DNA of 64,000 nt from Candidatus Latescibacterota bacterium (GTDB lineage Bacteria; Latescibacterota; UBA2968): NCBI GenBank assembly GCA_965205975.1, contig OZ242195.1, forward strand, positions 5,088,001-5,152,000. Direction: 5' to 3'. The translations under genes were made by a program, and so were the position numbers. Below are positions 60,154-64,000 of the stretch, one piece after another. The notes below the pieces were generated by a model that made no database searches, was not told where the DNA came from, and saw only the letters and a program-made list of their open reading frames with translations. Each line of letters starts with the position of its first letter. Position 1 is the first letter of the stretch.

Positions 60154-61476
60154 TTACGAAAATTCGGGGCGCACAGGCTCTTGTCCCAGGTCGCGCATAA
60201 TTTCCATGTAAATGGGGTGTTCGCCCTGAATGGGTTTCTCGTCGGCACCATTCAAGATGTGGTTGGCAGTCATTAGAGCTGTTTGGATGCGTTCGCTTTG
60301 CTCGGTATAGCGCCGAAAGACTTGCCGCACCGCTTCTCGCGCTCTGTGAATAGGCAATACATCGTCCCGGTGGTCTTGCGTTTCTTCCTCATCTCGCCAT
60401 TGAATGCGATGAGCACATGTGTATGGCAATATCGTGCGGATATGTTCGATATCCACTTCTTTGTCGCGCAGCACCCAGGCGAGTGCCTGTGCGTAGCGCC
60501 GGATGGAGATGGGCAGGCGATTGGACGGACAGGTTTGTACTTCGTAACACAGGTAGCCCGTGTAATGACAGCCTTCGCCACAGACTTCATTTGTGCGTTT
60601 TTGTCCGTATTTGCAGCAGAAAGACAATTCGGCCAAAAAGGTTCGAACATAGGCACTGGCATCGGTCTGGAAAGGCAATGCGCTCATTTCACTGCGAATG
60701 GTTTCGCGCTCTGCACGCCCCAGGGTAGGTACGGACAAACGTTCGGAGATCGCTTGTCCATAATCCTCGCAAATCGCTTCCACCTCTGCTTCGGCATTGG
60801 GGGTGACCAGACACGCCTGGAGTGCCTGCTCGCGTTGGGGATCTCTCAGGAGATGTGCGGGAGAGGATTCAGTGCCGATCATCCAGGACAAATTCGCGCC
60901 CGGATATTTGGATTCTACCATTACATCAAAGCGATCCAGGAGAGGTACAACGATGGTATTTGTTCCGCGATCCTGATAGTTGGCCGTTGCGAACAAACAG
61001 TATTCTTCGTTGATTTGCATCTGGTTCAAGTAGGACCAGTTGCCGCGATCCACGCCGTTGAGGATCAAGCTCTGCTTTGTTTCCGGCAGGCGGTTGATTT
61101 CATCTACGACTTTGACGGGCAAGACGGAAAATGCCGACCAGACCACATCTTCTTCGCCGCGATTGAGTGCGCCGAGGTTTGGGCGCCCGACAATTTTTTC
61201 TTCGGTCTGCTCGGGGTGTCCACTTACTTCGGCTTCCCACACAGCCCCCAATGGCATGCGATATAGTAGCGCTCCGATATATTCTGCCGACGTTGTTTTG
61301 CCCAGGCCGGGTTCGCCTACGATCAGAATTTTGCCACCCAATAATCCCGTTAGCGCGCTGAGCAACAAAGCGGCATTGTGTTTTTGTCCTTCGATCTCCA
61401 GGTCTGCCCGATTAAAATACAACCGATTCTGGATAAAGGTCAAGATATCGTGTACTGTTGTTTGTAAATCGGCCAT
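60154..61476 (-). CDS. MoxR-like AAA+ ATPase with a Cys-rich insert
   Basis: GEPGLGKTT, VDEINRLPETKQS, FATAN, LLDRFDV; CCKY..C...CHY...LC. Confidence 0.85.
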   Translation of the reverse strand: MADLQTTVHDILTFIQNRLYFNRADLEIEGQKHNAALLLSALTGLLGGKILIVGEPGLGKTTSAEYIGALLYRMPLGAVWEAEVSGHPEQTEEKIVGRPNLGALNRGEEDVVWSAFSVLPVKVVDEINRLPETKQSLILNGVDRGNWSYLNQMQINEEYCLFATANYQDRGTNTIVVPLLDRFDVMVESKYPGANLSWMIGTESSPAHLLRDPQREQALQACLVTPNAEAEVEAICEDYGQAISERLSVPTLGRAERETIRSEMSALPFQTDASAYVRTFLAELSFCCKYGQKRTNEVCGEGCHYTGYLCYEVQTCPSNRLPISIRRYAQALAWVLRDKEVDIEHIRTILPYTCAHRIQWRDEEETQDHRDDVLPIHRAREAVRQVFRRYTEQSERIQTALMTANHILNGADEKPIQGEHPIYMEIMRDLGQEPVRPEFS

Positions 61477-61547
61477 GTTTGTTACTCGCATACGGTAACG
61501 AATCAGCGAATCAGCGGAACGGGGTACAACTGGTGTCAGGCCAGTTC

Positions 61548-61619
61548 ATCAATGTAGGGGCGGTGCCCCTGTGCCCGCCCGTTGGGTGGTTGGGCGGGGT
61601 TCGTCTATTCGTCTGTTCG
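61548..61619 (+). repeat. 72-bp direct repeat copy 2
   Basis: Matches 57694-57765. Confidence 0.9.
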
Positions 61620-61695
61620 TCTATTCGTCTATTCGTCTATTCGTCTATTCGTCTGTTCGTCTATTCGTCTGTTCGTCTATTCGTCTATTCGTCCA
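61600..61695. repeat. 8-bp tandem repeat (TTCGTCTR) about 12 copies
   Basis: Read directly from the sequence; it overlaps the stop codon of the permease. Confidence 0.95.
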
Positions 61696-62501
61696 GCGGA
61701 GCGGCGGCGCAGCCATTCGACGGTGAGCAGTAGCAACACGGCGAAGGCGATCAAGAATGTTGCGACGGCGAGAATGGTCGGGCTGATTTGCTCGCGAATG
61801 CCTGCCCACATCTGGCGCGGGATTGTGCGCTGTTCAATGCCGCCCATAAAAAGGACGACAACTACTTCGTCGAAAGATGTTGCAAACGCGAAAAGCGCGC
61901 CAGAAATAACGCCCGGTGCGATTAGCGGTAGTTGTACCCTGCGGAATGTGAGGATCGGTGAGGCACCAAGGCTTGCGGCAGCGCGCGTCAGGTTTGTATC
62001 AAAGGCGGATAGCGTAGCGGTTACGGTGATTACGACAAATGGCGTGCCCAGTGCGGCGTGGGATAGGATCAATCCGATGTGGGTTTGTGCGAGGCCCAGG
62101 GCTGAATAAAAAAAGAACATGCCCGCCGCGGAGATGATCACCGGTGTGACCATCGGCGAGATCAATAGTGCCATTGCGATGCGACGACCGGGCATGGCGG
62201 GGCTGGATAGACCCAGCGCGGCGAGTGTGCCCAGCGCGGTTGCCAGTGCGGTGGAAGCGATGCCGATGATCAGGCTGTTGATCAGTCCGCGCGTCCACAG
62301 TTCGTTTTCGACAATTTGCCGATACCAGCGCAGGGAATACGCTTCGGCGTCCAGGCGCAGCATGCCTTCGGTGAAGGTGAAGTAGGGTTCGGCATTGAAG
62401 CTCAAGGGTACGATCACCAGAATTGGCGCGATCAGGAACGCGAAGATCAGGGTACAGGAGGCCAGGTACGCGCCCCGGCCAATGCGTTGTGTTGAGATCA
62501 T
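61677..62501 (-). CDS. Spermidine/putrescine-type ABC permease (PotC-like)
   Basis: YSLRWY, AAASLGA EAA loop, FATSFDEVVV. Confidence 0.9.
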   Translation of the reverse strand: MISTQRIGRGAYLASCTLIFAFLIAPILVIVPLSFNAEPYFTFTEGMLRLDAEAYSLRWYRQIVENELWTRGLINSLIIGIASTALATALGTLAALGLSSPAMPGRRIAMALLISPMVTPVIISAAGMFFFYSALGLAQTHIGLILSHAALGTPFVVITVTATLSAFDTNLTRAAASLGASPILTFRRVQLPLIAPGVISGALFAFATSFDEVVVVLFMGGIEQRTIPRQMWAGIREQISPTILAVATFLIAFAVLLLLTVEWLRRRSAGRIDE

Positions 62502-62502
62502 G

Positions 62503-63717
62503 TTAGCCCAACCTCATGCGGTCAATGCCAACTATGCGGTCGTAGAGCAGATAGAGCGCGATTACGCATACCAGCAAGATGCCGCCAAGTGCTCCGGCCA
62601 GACTCCAGTTGAGCGAGGTTTGCATGTGATAAGCGATCATGTTGGAGATGAGTTGTCCGGTACTGCCGCCTACCAGCGCAGGGGTGATGTAGTAGCCGAT
62701 GGCAAGGATGAATACCAACAGTGATCCGGCACCTACACCGGGCAGGGTCTGCGGCCAGTACACGCGCCAAAATGCCTGAAAGGAATTCGCACCCAGCGAC
62801 GCGGCGGCACTCATCTGGCTCGGTGGGATGGCGCGCATGATGGAGTATAGGGGCAGGATCATAAAGGGCAGGAGCACATGGGTCATTGCCACGAGTGTGC
62901 CAATCATATTGTAGATCATGGCGAGGCGGCCGTCGTCGCCGATCAGCCCAATTGTGACGAGTAAGTCGTTGATTACGCCCTGGGTCTGGAGCAGTACGAT
63001 CCAGGATGTCGTTCTCACCAGAAGCGATGTCCAGAAGGGTACGAGTACGAGGATGAGGAGCAGATTTGCGATGCGCGGAGGCGAATGCGCGATTAAGTGG
63101 GCGATGGGATAGCCGAGTAGAAGGCAGATCGCGGTGATGCCGAGGCTCACGACAAAGGTGCGCCACAAGAGGGACAGATAGATGCGGCGCTCTGGGGGCT
63201 GGCGAGCGATGGATCCGTCGGGCAGGGGTTTCAGGTCAATGGCATTGAGATAGTGCCGCGCGGTGAAACGGTCCCCGGCACTGCGGATCGCGTACCAGGT
63301 TTGTACATCGCCCCATGCGGAATTCAGGCCGATCATGGCATCGCGATAGGGACCTTCGAGGACGTTTTGCAACGATCTTGCACTGCGCGTGAAAACGCTG
63401 CGCAGGCCCGGATGTACGCGGTTGACGCGGGTGGCAACCCGACCCAGCGAGCGATCTGTGCGCGCTTTTAATAGCTCGCGTGCAGCCGCTGCGTACACTG
63501 CTTCGTCGGGTGTGCTCTTTCCATCCCACTTCCTCAGCAGGTCGAGGGTTTCAGGCAGGGCATTGCCTACTGTGGGATCGTACACACTGTGTACGAGCAT
63601 TGTCGCCAGGGGCGCGATAAATGTGACGCCAATAAATGCCAGTAATGGCAACACCAGTCCCGTAGCGCGTAGTCGCGGACGGAGGATGGTGGTTTTTATG
63701 TCTGTGTTTGATTGCAT
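62503..63717 (-). CDS. Spermidine/putrescine-type ABC permease (PotB-like)
   Basis: LLLGYPIA, PFWTSLLVRT, HVLLPFMILPLYS, GYYITPALVGG. Confidence 0.9.
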   Translation of the reverse strand: MQSNTDIKTTILRPRLRATGLVLPLLAFIGVTFIAPLATMLVHSVYDPTVGNALPETLDLLRKWDGKSTPDEAVYAAAARELLKARTDRSLGRVATRVNRVHPGLRSVFTRSARSLQNVLEGPYRDAMIGLNSAWGDVQTWYAIRSAGDRFTARHYLNAIDLKPLPDGSIARQPPERRIYLSLLWRTFVVSLGITAICLLLGYPIAHLIAHSPPRIANLLLILVLVPFWTSLLVRTTSWIVLLQTQGVINDLLVTIGLIGDDGRLAMIYNMIGTLVAMTHVLLPFMILPLYSIMRAIPPSQMSAAASLGANSFQAFWRVYWPQTLPGVGAGSLLVFILAIGYYITPALVGGSTGQLISNMIAYHMQTSLNWSLAGALGGILLVCVIALYLLYDRIVGIDRMRLG

Positions 63718-63789
63718 AGATTAGTTTTGAGGTCGCGGAAAAACTCGTGACACTGTTGCGAGTTTTTATCGGTAAGTGCCATGCGCTCG

Positions 63790-63910
63790 AATCAAGTGCC
63801 TGCCTGAATTGTGTTGGTCATTTCTCCCGAAATCACTCGAAAGAGCCGGACTTAGGGGGTAACTTGAGGGGTAACTTAGGGGGTAACTTGGGGGGTAACT
63901 TCCCCAGTAG
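63790..63910 (-). pseudogene. Remnant of a TPQV-repeat / winged-HTH C-terminus (Fic or RecG-C-like proteins)
   Basis: 12-bp repeat x4 reading GEVTPQVTP*VTPQVTP*VRLFRVISGEMT, with in-frame stops. Confidence 0.5.
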
Positions 63911-64000
63911 TCCGATCCTTCCCCCTTGAGTTAGACGCCTTCGTACTTTTGGATCTGGCTGATAACCCGGTGTCCACACCGTCAGCACGTATGCACCGGA

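Noticed and set aside
60283..61266. 327-aa plus-strand ORF
   Set aside because: Antisense to the AAA ATPase; no recognisable features.
61600..61695. Possible CRISPR array or coding repeat ORFs (61458-61733, 61582-62109)
   Set aside because: An 8-bp microsatellite; the ORFs are shadow translations of it.

Overview
Bacterial chromosomal segment, probably from an FCB-superphylum lineage such as Latescibacterota or a Gemmatimonadota-like group. That assignment is an inference from the PorV/PorQ barrels paired with CTD-type cargo, a DUF6785-like transporter, a sulfatase and many intergenic simple repeats. Contents in order: (1) two cargo + PorV/PorQ-family gene pairs separated by a REC-less sigma54 activator; (2) a sigma54-driven pspA; (3) a long minus-strand ion/osmotic locus with three MscS genes, a CASTOR/POLLUX-like channel, an unusual voltage-sensor + P-loop NTPase fusion whose 5' end is split by an IS4 element, aspartoacylase-rimK-rimB, an outer-membrane barrel and a CmpX-like protein; (4) a second sigma54 response regulator that appears to share a palindromic operator (GCGACA-N3-TGTCGC) with the first activator; (5) a degenerate 5'-nucleotidase/beta-barrel fusion, higBA and an NTT-like transporter; (6) ileS (type 2) with a candidate leader-peptide attenuator; (7) a roughly 4 kb island of decayed toxin-antitoxin and hypothetical genes bracketed by inverted copies of a palindromic repeat; (8) argGH and catabolic genes; (9) a MoxR-like AAA / GXGXG / VWA trio bounded by 72-bp direct repeats; (10) polyamine-type ABC permeases. 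No rRNA, tRNA or CRISPR array was recognised. All calls come from visual motif recognition; no database searches were run.
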